A program made the position numbers and the translations under genes. From Tubiluchus corallicola (lineage: Eukaryota > Animalia > Priapulida), in contig JAQGDQ010002374.1 in the NCBI GenBank assembly GCA_030141605.1, positions 1 to 64,000 of the forward strand: a DNA stretch of 64,000 nt, in the 5' to 3' direction. The notes under the pieces are model-generated. The model was not told the DNA's origin, made no database searches, and saw nothing but the letters and a program-made list of their open reading frames with translations. The number at the start of each line of letters is the position of its first letter. The first letter of the stretch is position 1. This document shows positions 1-12,302 of the stretch, in pieces.

Positions 1-1821
1 GTGGCAGGTCCTTTTCCGTTGTCTAATTCTAACAACAAATACATATTAGTTGCAATGGATTATTTCACAAAATGGCCGGAATGCTATCCCTTACCGAACC
101 AAGAAGCCGAGACTATAGCTACAGTATTGGTAAACAATTTCTTTTGCCGATTTGGGTTACCAAACGAAATTCACTCAGACCAAGGCCGAAATTTTGAAAG
201 TAAGATCTTTCAGCAATGCTGTAATCTTATGGGTATTGAGAAAACTCGAACGACTGCGCTTAACCCCAAAAGCGATGGAATGTGCGAGCGCTTTATAAGG
301 ACCATTTCTCGACAGCTTGCGCAATTCAGTAGTGCCCACCAGCGTGATTGGGATGAAAAGATTCCTTTGTTTTTGCTTTCATACCGATCGGCTGTACATG
401 ACTCAACTGGATTTACCCCTGCTCAAGCCATGTTTGGTAGAGAATTAAGGCTGCCTCTTGATCTATTAACAGGATGCCCACCTTCAAACATTGATTCAAG
501 TACTGTCGTCCAGTAAGTTAAAAATCTTGAGAATCGTCTACATGACGTTCACCATTTCATCAGAGAAAACCTTCGCATTTCTCATGAAACAATGCGTAGA
601 CGCTATAATGTCCGTTCTTGTTATGTTCAATTTTCTGTTGGGGAAAAAGTTTGGTTTTTTAACCCTCAGCGTAAAATCGGTCGCAGTCCAAAGCTTCAGT
701 CTGATTGGCAGGGACCTTATGAAATCATAACACGACTCTCAGATGTTGTCTATCGTATACGTTTGCCGGGACCAAGACAAAGATGCAAAATTGTTCACGC
801 ACATCGTCTGTGGCGTTATACGCCAGCCACTGGATTTTCCTGGACACCTGGTGAAACGCCTTCACTCAATGAATTATCTGACAGCCAAGCTACAGTAACT
901 TATAGCCTTGATCCTGAAGTTAGTGCCGATAAATCCAATGCCGATCCAACGGGTACCGATAAATCTAAAACTGAACAAAACATTGAACTCGAGCCACAGC
1001 TGACAGCAGTTGATCGTTCTGTATCTCTCGATTCTTTCGGATTGCCGCCACCTCCATATTCACCATGCAGAATAGCTGATTATAATGATGAGCACAATGA
1101 AAATGCATCGAGTTTTCCAGCCCAAATTCCAGAACTACTTAATTCCTCCATGCCAGCCTTAACTCCTATTCGTGATCCACTTTCCCTTCTCCATGACAAT
1201 TCATCCAACGGTGATGTGCGGCTTTCATTGCCCACCTTCTCTCCGCCTATACCAAAACCACGAACATCCACTCCCAAAAGAGTTGATTTTCCCAGCTCAA
1301 CTACTCTTAGTTTACTTGACATAGCCGACTCTGCTGAATTTATTCCCGACGAATCAACTCGACAACTCATCAACGAATGGCTTCCTGGTAGCTCCAGTTC
1401 AGCAATTGCTGAGGACTCCTCTGAAAAGGCCGGCGATAGTGTACGCACGCCTCTTTCGGGCGAGCAGTCTACCCAGGTGAACCATTCTAGGAGCAATGTT
1501 GAGTGTAATCTTGAGATAAACAATAGAAAAACTGTTGATAGACAACCCAAATTGTTTCAATCCGATCATAATGTAACCTCACAACCTACGTTACCGGATC
1601 CTGTTCTCTCTCCAACTTCTATTAATCCTGTTCTCGTATCAAGCAAGACCCATTCTAGCACACCTCTAACCTTTTTGGAAGCCAATGCAGCCGTTGACGT
1701 CCAGTTGCCGTCCAGTCCTCCCCGACCTTACCCCCGCAGGTCAAGACAACCTACAACCCACTATGGAAACTTCATCTATGAAGACCCTACTGCACATCGA
1801 ATACGCAATTCCGAGACTTGA
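1..1821 (+). pseudogene. Gypsy pol C-terminus (integrase core, GPY/F, Ser/Pro-rich tail) interrupted by one TAA at 514-516
   Basis: ORFs 1..516 and 592..1821 share a frame; reading through gives VVQ*VKNLENRLHDVHHFIRENLRISHETMRRRY, a typical gypsy integrase helix. Confidence 0.88.
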
Positions 1822-3595
1822 GAAATGAAATGCTAGAAGAGTTTTCGCATCTTAACCATCACTTTACAAGCAAGAAAATGCTCGAGTTTTGATGCACTCA
1901 TAGAATTACTTACGCGAAACATTTTCGTAATTCCAGCAACTATTCTATGTGATACATCCAAATTAGCATCTACTTACACTTGTCAAATACGAAAATACGT
2001 GACTAGATGCTTTTTTAACTCGAATTATAAAACTTGAGCATGTTTAAAAAATGTTAAAATTTTTATTTTTTTTGCAGCTGAGGAGCCAAGAATTGAACAT
2101 ATTTCCTTGGCTGTATATTGATTACCTCATGTCATTATTATTGTTGTCGTATTTTGTGAAAAATGGAATTTTCACTCTTCTTTAAGGAGAGGAGGAGAGG
2201 CGAATATATTAGTTTTTGTTCCATGTTTTTAAGTGGCCGTATTGGAAATCAACTGCGTATTCTTTTCTTAAATTTTGAATTTTTTTTCTTGAATGGAATT
2301 TAAAAAAAATCGTTCTGTAAATAGTTATTGCAAATTGTCATTTGTTCTAGCATTAATCTCGAGAGATAAATGGCAGAACAAACATTTCATTTTTGCTAAA
2401 CAATTACTGTTTGTTTAGACTGTTTCAGCTGTGATGTACGAGTAGATAGTCGTGATCGAAATTCTCAATTTCGTTGTCTTAAGTCAACCGCTTCCGGTTG
2501 ATGACTAGTTCTAATTAGTCTTTTTCGATAATTGACGTTTTGTTGTTGTTGCTTTCGTTCTTCGAGGTCCTATTTCTAGCTTCGCGACAAAGCCTTGTCC
2601 GTTGGCTACCATGTGAACAGAGCGACTTTGACCAATGACCAGCCCTCGGTTGCGTAAGTTAATCGAACACGGTAAGGTGTTAAAAAAATTTTTTTTTAGA
2701 AGTTAAGTTGTCAGCATTGTTGTTGTTTATTAAAGATGTTGATTTATTTAAAGATAAAGTGGCATATAACTTTTCGTTTTTGTTTCCCGCTATGAATATA
2801 GTTGGTGTAAGCAGATTTACTACCTTTTTTCTGTTGTACAGCACAGCTATTTTGGAAATTTATGGAGAATCGACGTTTTTCGCCATAGGAGCCAATACTT
2901 AAGCTCAATAAATCTTATGCTGGGTCTAAGATGCAGTGAAAATTCACTTGAACTAACTGTATGCTTGACATGAGTACTAGCGTTAATCTTTTCCAGGCAA
3001 GCTCTACCAACCCAGGTGTTACACCCGTGGTATCGGATGCGTTGTGCTTGACTGAGGGCTAGTCCACACCTCATACCTTACTTGCATTTGCTTGTTGAGA
3101 CATGATAATTGGTACTGGTGAATCATTAAGAATTGCGGATCGTGCGGATTATTTACGCTACGTTACGTTTATTTACGGATAGCGGATGATATCTGATTAC
3201 ATTTATTTCGTTCATTTTTGCATTTTTACGTAGCATACTTAGGCATATTTAGTTGGAAGTTTTTTTAAGTCGACTCGCCGTTATATAAAAATTGTTGTTA
3301 CTAGAAATGTAATGTTTAACTTTAATTTATTCATACAAGAAATCTGACATTGTCTTCATCTTTTAATTTGTAATTCGGTAGGCGTTATGCACTAGCTCAT
3401 GTTGTTTTGTAGAATTGCCAGTCTTTGCAAAATATTTCTGTGATTCTATTTGATTAATGGAAGGAAAAACTTTTTGTATTGTTGATTAGCAGTGCTCGAA
3501 CTTGCTTTCTGGTCTGTGTGGGTAGCTGTTCTTCTCCCTCCTGGAAGACTAGATCTTCAAAGAAGGGACTTCTTTGTCTGGAGGAAGGGGGACAG

Positions 3596-3998
3596 TGTAC
3601 TGCAGGGCTGTGATGAGGTAGTGTAATACTGGCAGGGGAATACAGCAGACTTCTCAGGTGTGCGTGTGAACGTGGCTTTAACTAGCACATAGATTCTTAT
3701 TCTGACCTTGTGTTAGTGGGAGCCACTAGTCACGTGCACACCTGAGCTTATAAAAAGGGTAGGTCTGCTGTAGATCCTTGTCAGTGGTCAGTGGGCATCT
3801 CATCTCATCGCAGCTCTGTTCGCACTTCATCAGGCTTTCTGTTGCTCCATTCGGTAAGCTGTCTGGAACATTTATTTTTTTGGGTAATAAATCGTCATTT
3901 TTATTTTATTCATTTTGGTTTTTGTCTTTGAGTCATGCCGCACGGTGTAGGCCGCGGTGCCATCCGTTCTGCCTCCACTAAAAGCGGAGAGCAGTCCA
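3596..3998 (+). repeat. 3' LTR (~400 bp)
   Basis: Starts TGTACTGC after the PPT and ends GCAGTCCA (7/8 inverted match); internal TATA-like TTATAAAAAG (~3748) and AATAAA (~3886). Confidence 0.8.
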
Positions 3999-5319
3999 AT
4001 ATCATTCTAATTTGTGCCAAGGCTAAAAAAAGCAATGAGTTCATTGTTTTGTTGTGCAAATTTGCATAAATTACCATTCACAGAAATAACTTTTTGTGCC
4101 TTAGTCCAGACTAAAATAATTGTAATGTTTACGTATATGAGAAATGCACAGCTGTAATAAGATTCGTAAATTGTTTTACTGATTTTCATTTAATTCTGTG
4201 TTAGTATCACTGGTTATGCACACACGACAGTAGCAAGTTTCCTAGAAGCTCAGATTTCTTATTACTTTAACTTGGCAGTCAATTAATTATTTCAAAAGAT
4301 CATTATCACTTTTTATTGTGATTTTTTTTCGGATAAAACAAAACTCTATTTATGTAAGTGCAAGACGCATTCGTCGATAAACTTAGGATTATACTAAAGA
4401 GATCAGGCGACTGCAAATAGTGCAAGTCGAAGTTCCATTGTTACTACTGATTAACTTGCCGGCCATTAAAAAATTTCACTTTTTACAAAATATTTGTTAA
4501 TTTTGTTACAATGAGTATTTGCAGGCAAAAAACAGCCAACGGATCTATTAAGAGGAGTTCTTAGGTTTTGTCACATTTTTGTGCTAAGACCATTTTTTTG
4601 TGTTTTGTTCTTTCACGAATTACCGGCAGATTTTTCTCAAGTAGGTAAATTATTTGCCTACTTAAACAAAAACAGCCAACATCTTCATATAGCTAATGAA
4701 ACATACAGCCGGAATAATATTTTATTTATGCAAATGCAGGACAAACTGCAACGTAGCTGGAGCAATAGGTTGCCATGATATTTGTGACAAGCATAAGCTA
4801 TGTTCATTGTTCTACTGTAGCTTCTAACATCACACTGCCAAATTAGACATTGCTCCCATAACACATTTGCATTTGTATATAGGCAAACATAGTGTGAGGC
4901 TTTTCTTGTACAGAAACAATAAAAACTTATTTTTTGTTATGTTCATTGTATGACCTTTCAACATATATTGTACACAGAACTATTGTAAATGTACTATGTG
5001 AAATAAATGAATTATTAGTTATTATTATGAAGTTATTAGTAACACACATAATTAGTAGAAGAGAATTAAAATGAAGATTATAGAAAACCCAAGTGATGCT
5101 CTATGTACAGGGTTATGTACCGAGTGAAACTATATAAATATGTATATGCTAAGGGGTGGCTGGCACAAATATCAGGTGCTTACTAATTAGACATAAATCA
5201 AACATAATTCAAAACGTCATTCAGGTATCAAGATAAGTAAAAAAATTATATTGTTGACATTAGCATAAAAAGCAAAGGCATAATGATTATACAAAAGATT
5301 TATTATATTACACATAAAA

Positions 5320-5900
5320 CTCAACTAACTCTTGTATGTACAATTTTTTAAAAGTGGAAAGCAAATTGACATTTTTCAAAACATTTGAAATTGCATTCCA
5401 CACATATGAACCAATGATATTTAATTGAGAATTTCCAAAGGTCTATTCTACATTGAATATAATGAAAATCTAATCTGCTGCGGGTATTTTAGTTATGCAG
5501 TTCAGCATTGCAACAAAAATAATTACTAAAAAACTTGGTAGTAACATATTGTTGAAAAATTTGAACATGAAAATAGTGACTTGGAATTTGTTGATATCAT
5601 AAATATTTAACACATTTGGGACATTAAATAATGGCGGAGAGTGACATCTGAAAGCAGCAAAACTTTCAGCTCTAATTGTTTTCTCCTCACCTCAGGAAAC
5701 TGTGAAAAGGCTTAGTGATGCTGATGTTGTCACATGTGAACATTAACATTGCTGAACTGTGTAAGAATGATAACTGAATTTGCAAAAATTGCATTAGGTA
5801 TCAATGGGTGATACGAGTGAGATGGGTCAGTAGTTGTTCAACTCATTTGGATCACCTTTTTTTATATATGAGGATAATTTTTGTTGGATTGTTCCCAGAG
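5320..5900 (-). mobile_element. Degenerate non-LTR retrotransposon (CR1/L2-like) RT and 3' fragments
   Basis: Minus-strand translation pieces KKGDPNELNNY*PISL (RT start motif) and HSPPLFNVPNVLNIYDINKFQVTIFMFKF...HN*NTRS (CR1/L2 C-terminal motif), with frameshifts and stops. Confidence 0.65.
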
Positions 5901-8789
5901 TTTATTGAAAATGACAGGTTTTCTTTTGGCAACTTTAAGAGCCATTTTGTGATGTTTTTATGCTTGGCTAAAAATGCAATTTTCAAGGAAGGTACAGAAA
6001 TAACGGAATCTTTAGATTTTGTTTGGTGTGGATAGGAATAAAGTTTGTACTTGCATCCATCTTACGTACCATGGAGACTATTACAATTCTCTGTATATTT
6101 CATTAGACAAATCACCTGTTCTAGAAGTACTAGGTGAACCTCTGAGGATTATGCGATCACATGACACTGGCACTAAACTGCGGGTGCTTCTAGTTAAATT
6201 TGCAAAAAGCTTTTCAATTTTTCAAACGAAACTTCTACAAACAATATACAAAGTAATCGTTGTGATCTTCACAATTGCTCGACTTTGGCTTTGTGCATGG
6301 TGAGCATTACAGCAAGTTTATCAGAGTAATCAGACACCTTCTAATCAGTTCCTCTTGATGATTTGAGAAGTCTGGTTATTAACAACGACCAAAACTACTT
6401 CTTCAAACGTCTTGGTGGAAAAGCAGAATTTTGTGCTTGCAAACCAAAACCGCCTATAAGTCAGCATAGTGTAATCTGAAATTAGAATGCACAAAAAACA
6501 TTGTCTAATGTTAATTTTTGTTTTTTATATAAACAAATATAGCTGGCTTTCACTTTCTAGCATCAAATTATCAAGAAAATGCCCAAAAATACTAAAATTT
6601 CAATCTTATAACACCGCGCCCATTCCTCTATCTAGAAAATAGTACTGCAATTGCAATTGCACTTTGCTACAGTTGCTAAATGTTTTGAAAAAACACGCCC
6701 AACTATAACAATGATTTTCAGTGTGCAGTGTGCGCCTCAACTTCAATATGGATTATCTCAGCCTGGCAATAACATATTATATGAGCTTACTATTATTATA
6801 TATAATAATAATAATATAATTAGTTTGTTTGGGAAGTTGAAACGATTCCTATGAAATAATACAATGAAACACAGTTTACCAATTTAGAATTTAAATTATT
6901 AGTTTTCACTATTTGGTGAAGAGCATTTTTTTAATTTTCGTTGACAAAAAACATTCAAATTTTGTAGGCTTGACTTTGTCATCCAATTAATGTTGAAGCC
7001 TTAGTAATTAGACGATTTAAAAGAAATCTCCTATTTACAAGATGATTTCAAAAGCTAAAAATTAGCATAGCATTTGACCCTCATGATCTATTAGTTACTT
7101 TTACCACGTAAAGTTAATTAATTATAAATATGTAAACATAAGTTGTTTTTTGCCAAGCGAGATGATTTATACCATTTATTTGCTGCAGTCAACTCACCTA
7201 GTGTTATAGGTCTTCTTCGTCCGTCTCCGTCTCTGTCTGCATCTCGGTTTCCTTATATCATCCGACCATTCCCATAATTGACTAAAATATCAGAAGACAA
7301 TGCATTATTAATGTTAGGCAAGTCGTAGCCAATGAAACTATATAATAAGAAAAAGGAACATCACTTCTGAATAGGAAAGTTATAACACAAACCACTATCA
7401 TTATAATTTACATATATATATAGACATGGAAAGCATATTTGTGGAAAGCATGTGCAATTTTCACACTTGGATCATAGCAAATCGGGATTGTAAATCCGAA
7501 TTGTTCACCAATTAACCCGAAAAATTCGAATAGCTAATCAGAATTGTTGTTGTAATTATTTTACAGGTTGAAAAGTCCATGGACGATTAGGTGATAATTT
7601 ATCATCTTCATTTCAAGATTCCTGATTAATATGGAATAAACTCACACTTGCTTCATTTCAGTTAATTCAAGAAATCAATAACCGTGGGCTCACTTTACCA
7701 TTTCTCATAGCCCATTTGAGAAATACAATAATATAAATGTATAATTACACAGAAACAAAAAGAAAATAAACCCAACAATCAACATTTTGATTTTCAATAA
7801 TGCGCCTCTCAAGAACCGCGCCAGTACGGCATATCTCGAGCTAATGTGTATTTTATTTTGTTTGCATGGATCTGCCCTTGCAAACTAGTTCTTGAATGTA
7901 AAAGCGTAATGTTAAATTTACGTCGTAATCATTCAAGTCTATGAAATTAGCTGACTTAGGCTTCCTTCATAGACCTATACGTATAGCATTTTTCTGTGCC
8001 AAAGCCCTAGCTAGCCATGAGTCACAATCGCTATGTTGCTCCATTGCTCATTATTGAGGATGACCATGAGTACAGTACAATAGGTATATCAAAAGTCTTT
8101 TTGTGTAAACATTTATTACTAAACAAGTACTAATTACTCTTGTTTCATCGTCATTGTAGATATTATTATTGTAAAAATGTAATATTCATCAGTAATTAAA
8201 AGGAACACTATAATTACTTGTCTTGTTTTCGATATAAAAGTAAAAGTAGATACATTTAGAAAACTGCTACAAGTAAAACTCAATTCAGTATTTATTTGCG
8301 TAGAAAATGTGAAAATCACTGAAGGCATTTGGTCATTCAGTCGCCCAAGTTTTGCTCTTCGCCTATTTTTTAGAAAATTCAATTTTTTTACTTAAAGTTG
8401 AAAAGTTAAAAGCATTCAATTAAATCGTTAAGATTAATATTGTTGCGGCCAAGCTTGTTAAGTGTTGGCTTTGTGCATGCCCACCATTTGCTATAAAAGA
8501 AGTGAGCAGGTAGATTTCTACGTCTTTATCGTGATTGTCACATCCATCATGTGTGTTACTCTTTCCAGTGCCTAGCAATGGCTGTCATTTTCATAGGTAT
8601 GTCATAGTTTGATCCTACTTAATAATCTTTTATCTTTCTTTCTTCTGCACTCCCACCTGCAGCACGGTCATAAGAAGGCTGACTGCTCAGCCGTCTTCGC
8701 GTCCCAGAACCGCCTGGTGGCTCCCAGTGGAGGGCTTTGCAACAATATTTTCAAAGAATGAAAATAATTTCGACTGGTCAAAAACACAG

Positions 8790-9010
8790 TGACTATTCTC
8801 GACAACAAAATGGCACTTCTTTATTGCTTACGTTTCGATGGAAATTTGCATCGTTAACAGACTCTTTTACAATATAGATAATACAGTAGCATTCACTGCT
8901 TTATAATCTGACGTATATTTCTGGATGACTTGTCAATGTGCACTGATCATGATGCAAGTCTCGAAATGTAAGCAATAAAGAACTGCCATATTGTTATCAT
9001 CAACAGTCGT
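8790..9010. mobile_element. MITE-like element with ~38-bp imperfect terminal inverted repeats
   Basis: gacaacaaaatggcacttctttattgcttacgtttcga (from 8801) is the near reverse complement of tcgaaatgtaagcaataaagaactgccatattgttatc (8961-8998). Confidence 0.55.
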
Positions 9011-9319
9011 TGTAATGGTTGAGTTACAGAAAACAGGCGTATAAACCTGATGCTTATAACAGATTTTTGACATGTGATCTACATTAATAGTTACAGTTAT
9101 TTCATACCTTACAAGCTTCCGAATTTCATGATTGCTACCGTACTTTCTTAGTACCTAAAACAACAAAATTATTCTTGACTAGCAGAAAACAGATTGTGAA
9201 ATGTAATAACAAAATGGCCACCTTTACTTTTAGCAGTGCAGCTTGCAAAAAGAATAAATCAATTAAAAAGACCAAATATATAGCGATTTCCAAGTTGGCC
9301 AACAATTCTTGTGCATGAG

Positions 9320-9660
9320 AATTTATTACAAAACTCTTCCACAAACCTCACATAAGATGCGCCTGTTAAAAAAATTAGGAGATAGACGTGGTTCTACAAG
9401 TAACAAACCATGGAGCCTTTTAAGCAAACGTAGTATTACTTGCTCGTGTCTGGAATTTAAACATTGCTGCCTTAAATATGTCTCAATATTGCTGCACAAA
9501 TATTATTACAAAACTGAAAATTTACTACAAAACTCTTATACAAACCTTGGATAAGAAGTCCCAGTTAATTAGACCTACAGTTGGTTCTGAAATATACAAC
9601 TCATGGAGCCTTTTAAGCAAACGTAACATTCTTTGCTCGTGACCGGAATCTAACCATGCC
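9320..9660. repeat. Diverged ~195-bp tandem duplication
   Basis: catggagccttttaagcaaacgta occurs at ~9408 and ~9602; ttta[tc]tacaaaactctt at ~9322 and ~9521. Confidence 0.7.
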
Positions 9661-10295
9661 TCATCATTGCAGAGCACATACATCTGAAATAAAAGAATTA
9701 AAATTGAAAACAACAATATATAACTTTGTAACAGAGGACAATATTCTTTGTTCACAGAAAGATTTTAAACTAGACTTTACAGCTGACAGAATAACAATTA
9801 TTTCTGAAATGAAAGCATGTCAAACTGTCTAAAATTAAACGTCTAAAACAACTTTTTAACATAGTAATGAAAGCTCTTGCTGCCAATCCCTCTCCATCAT
9901 GTATGTGGCACAACGACTTGGCAAAAAGACATTTTACTAAGATTTTGATAACAGTGTAAAAGTTTAGCAAAAGTTACATTCATTTGTAACACTTGGAAAC
10001 AGACTATCTTTCATAGCAGATGTTTTAGACAGTTCGAAAGATTTTTAAATAATTCAAACAATATATTTAAAAAATAACAACTGTACAACACGAAAATATA
10101 ACGTATTTACAAATTGAATCTGTTTTTGACAATCGTAAAATTAGGATTTTTTTCTGCAAATCAGAGCTAATTTTAGTTTTTTTAGTTTAATTTTCCCAAA
10201 GGCCATGCCATTATGTACAATGGTACACAAAATCAGTATGGAGTCATACCAATTCTAACAATGCAGCGGAATTAAAAATTATTGGTTTTACTCTG

Positions 10296-10501
10296 TAAAG
10301 CTACGACTACATGTGCTCGTAATGTGTGATGCGTATTCAGACGATAGCCTTCACATTCGGGTGAGTACGCACTATGCATTACGGATTACGTATTAAGTAC
10401 ACATTGAAGCATTTCCACGTGTTTAAATGTAATTGTTGTAAACGCATCTCGTATTAGGGATCACGCATCACACATTACGAGCACATGAAGTCGTACATTT
10501 A
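10296..10501. mobile_element. MITE (~200 bp) with ~33-39 bp terminal inverted repeats
   Basis: tacgactacatgtgctcgtaatgtgtgatgcgt (from 10302) vs acgcatcacacattacgagcacatgaagtcgta (10463-10495), one mismatch; TA/TAA flanks. Confidence 0.7.
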
Positions 10502-10904
10502 ACGTAGAATTTTAGCATTATTGATCATAATACATCATAACATGAAAATCTCTTCCACTGTGTGAAGGATGGTAAATAACCTTTGCTAGTGTGGGGTACG
10601 AAGGCAAAGGTTAATAATACAGTAGAAATCATTACAAAATATTGTTCAGGCAATTTCCATTCAATGCTGACTTGTTCAGTTGGGATTCTGTTTTGCACTA
10701 CCCAGTATAATTGTTTTGCAAGTAGAGCAGCACAGATGTTATTTTAATCTTCCAAAAAATAAACGAAAAACAATTTTACAGATTTCCCGCATGTACCTTG
10801 TGTAGCAGAAGAGATTTACTGAAAATAATCAATGAAGATTTTAAGTCATTTAAAACATGAAAAATGCTGAAAGTTTATCAATGCAAGCAAAAGTTTGAAA
10901 TGAT

Positions 10905-12302
10905 CTAAAACACTAATGTTGCTAATAATCTATAAAATACCTGCACAAATTCCAACCGTGCATGAGACCACTGATCAAGTTGCTCCCAATTGGGAACCCC
11001 AAGGTTAGCTGGTACAGCGTCTTTTCTGACATGAGTACAAATGCCTTCTGCGCATATGCTCATCAAATCCAAAAGAGACACACCATCAACACGAATATGC
11101 TTCTTGGCATGTTCTTCAAGTACATTTACACCTTGAAGAAAGTGGTGAGGCATGTGCTTTTCTTTGCAGCATTCTAAAATGTAGGTAAATATGCCTAAAA
11201 CTCTATTCAAAACTTCATTGCCTTTCCAGTGAGAGTCATCCTGATGGCAGCTGGCTTCATGAATTGAAGCTGTTTTCACTACGTAAGAATCTATCAGGAG
11301 GCTGGGATGGAATTTCAGCGTATAAATGGCACGCATGACATCGTCCTTGGAATATTTTAGCCTTAGGTTCTCAATGGTTTCCGCTTGCTTGGAATAAAGG
11401 TCTTCATTGAGCAAAGCTTTTGCCAGAATTATCCCTTCTTTCTTATGCTCACTCATGTTTCCAACAAGTTGACTTTCATGCACAGCCATAGATACGGCAC
11501 AGTAATTTTGCTCTGCATCAGGACATGGCTTAAATACAAGGTGATAAGAGGTAGCTGAGCCGGTGTCATGTGATGTCATCATCCCTGCCGGTTCACCTGG
11601 TACTTCTATAGCAGCTGTCATGTCTATTGAGATAGGTAGTGGTGCATCGTAATAGTCTCCAGTTGGCATGTACATCAGTTGGAAGCATAAACAAACTTTA
11701 TTCCACACTATCTTATCGAATTTAAAAGAGTCCCTTATTTCCGAGTCTTCCAGGAAAACTGCATTCATAGCCCGGGACAAAAGAATTGTAAAATAGCTCT
11801 TTAACTTGGCAAAAGAAAACCTGCCATATTCAACAAACTCGGGAAACATTCTCATTGCTTTGTCACCTAACGTAATTTTTACATATCCTGCTTTGTCGGT
11901 TTCTTCGATATTCAGACCCTCGCATAAGCTTTTCAAGATGATGAAAAAATCAAATTCATCCGGTAACCCAGCTTTGATTCCGCATGCACTGCTGCCAACG
12001 AGCTCGCAGAAAGAATCAAACCTTCCATCTATTTCTCCCAATTTAGTACATACTCTGGCAGCTAAGGCTTCAATTTTTGTTCTGATAAAATCATTTTCTT
12101 TAGTCTTTGGAAGACGTCCTATGCCACGGAGCTCAAGTACTTCTTTCACCGATTTACGATCCAAGTCTTCCTCTAGCAACAAATTCTTGCATTTCGTTTT
12201 AAATGTAAACTGGCTATCGTCCTCGGTCTTTTTATTGGCTGTTACATACAGACATGTTAGCAGATAACCAACTCTGTATGTTAGCAGATAACCAATAGTC
12301 TC
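10905..12302 (-). CDS. cGAS-like receptor (cGLR) / Mab-21-family nucleotidyltransferase domain
   Basis: LVGSSACGIKAGLPDEFDFFIIL matches the cGAS/Mab-21 GS..x..K...[DN]EFD motif; ISIDMTAAIE supplies the third catalytic Asp; C-lobe motifs SYVVKT and ILECCKEKHMPHHFLQGVNVL; frame open from 12302 to the stop at 10905. Confidence 0.9.
   Translation of the reverse strand, partial: ETIGYLLTYRVGYLLTCLYVTANKKTEDDSQFTFKTKCKNLLLEEDLDRKSVKEVLELRGIGRLPKTKENDFIRTKIEALAARVCTKLGEIDGRFDSFCELVGSSACGIKAGLPDEFDFFIILKSLCEGLNIEETDKAGYVKITLGDKAMRMFPEFVEYGRFSFAKLKSYFTILLSRAMNAVFLEDSEIRDSFKFDKIVWNKVCLCFQLMYMPTGDYYDAPLPISIDMTAAIEVPGEPAGMMTSHDTGSATSYHLVFKPCPDAEQNYCAVSMAVHESQLVGNMSEHKKEGIILAKALLNEDLYSKQAETIENLRLKYSKDDVMRAIYTLKFHPSLLIDSYVVKTASIHEASCHQDDSHWKGNEVLNRVLGIFTYILECCKEKHMPHHFLQGVNVLEEHAKKHIRVDGVSLLDLMSICAEGICTHVRKDAVPANLGVPNWEQLDQWSHARLEFVQVFYRLLATLVF

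Larger units (their letters stand above)
1..3998 (+). mobile_element. 3' part of a Ty3/Gypsy LTR retrotransposon (integrase, ~1.8 kb 3' non-coding region, PPT, 3' LTR)
   Basis: rve integrase motifs (MDYFTKW, HSDQGRNFES, SDGMCER), GPY/F module (SPKLQSDWQGPYEI), polypurine tract GGAGGAAGGGGG at 3580-3591 just before a TG...CA LTR. Confidence 0.93.

Noticed and set aside
514-516. Programmed readthrough in the Gypsy integrase
   Set aside because: The TAA lies mid-integrase where a Tyr is typical; a point mutation is the simpler explanation
1080-1550. 156-aa minus-strand ORF
   Set aside because: Antisense shadow of the low-complexity integrase tail
6070-7290. Exon-like minus-strand segments (~7199-7281 and ~6070-6476) with AG/GT ends
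   Set aside because: Could not build a consistent open frame or recognise a protein family
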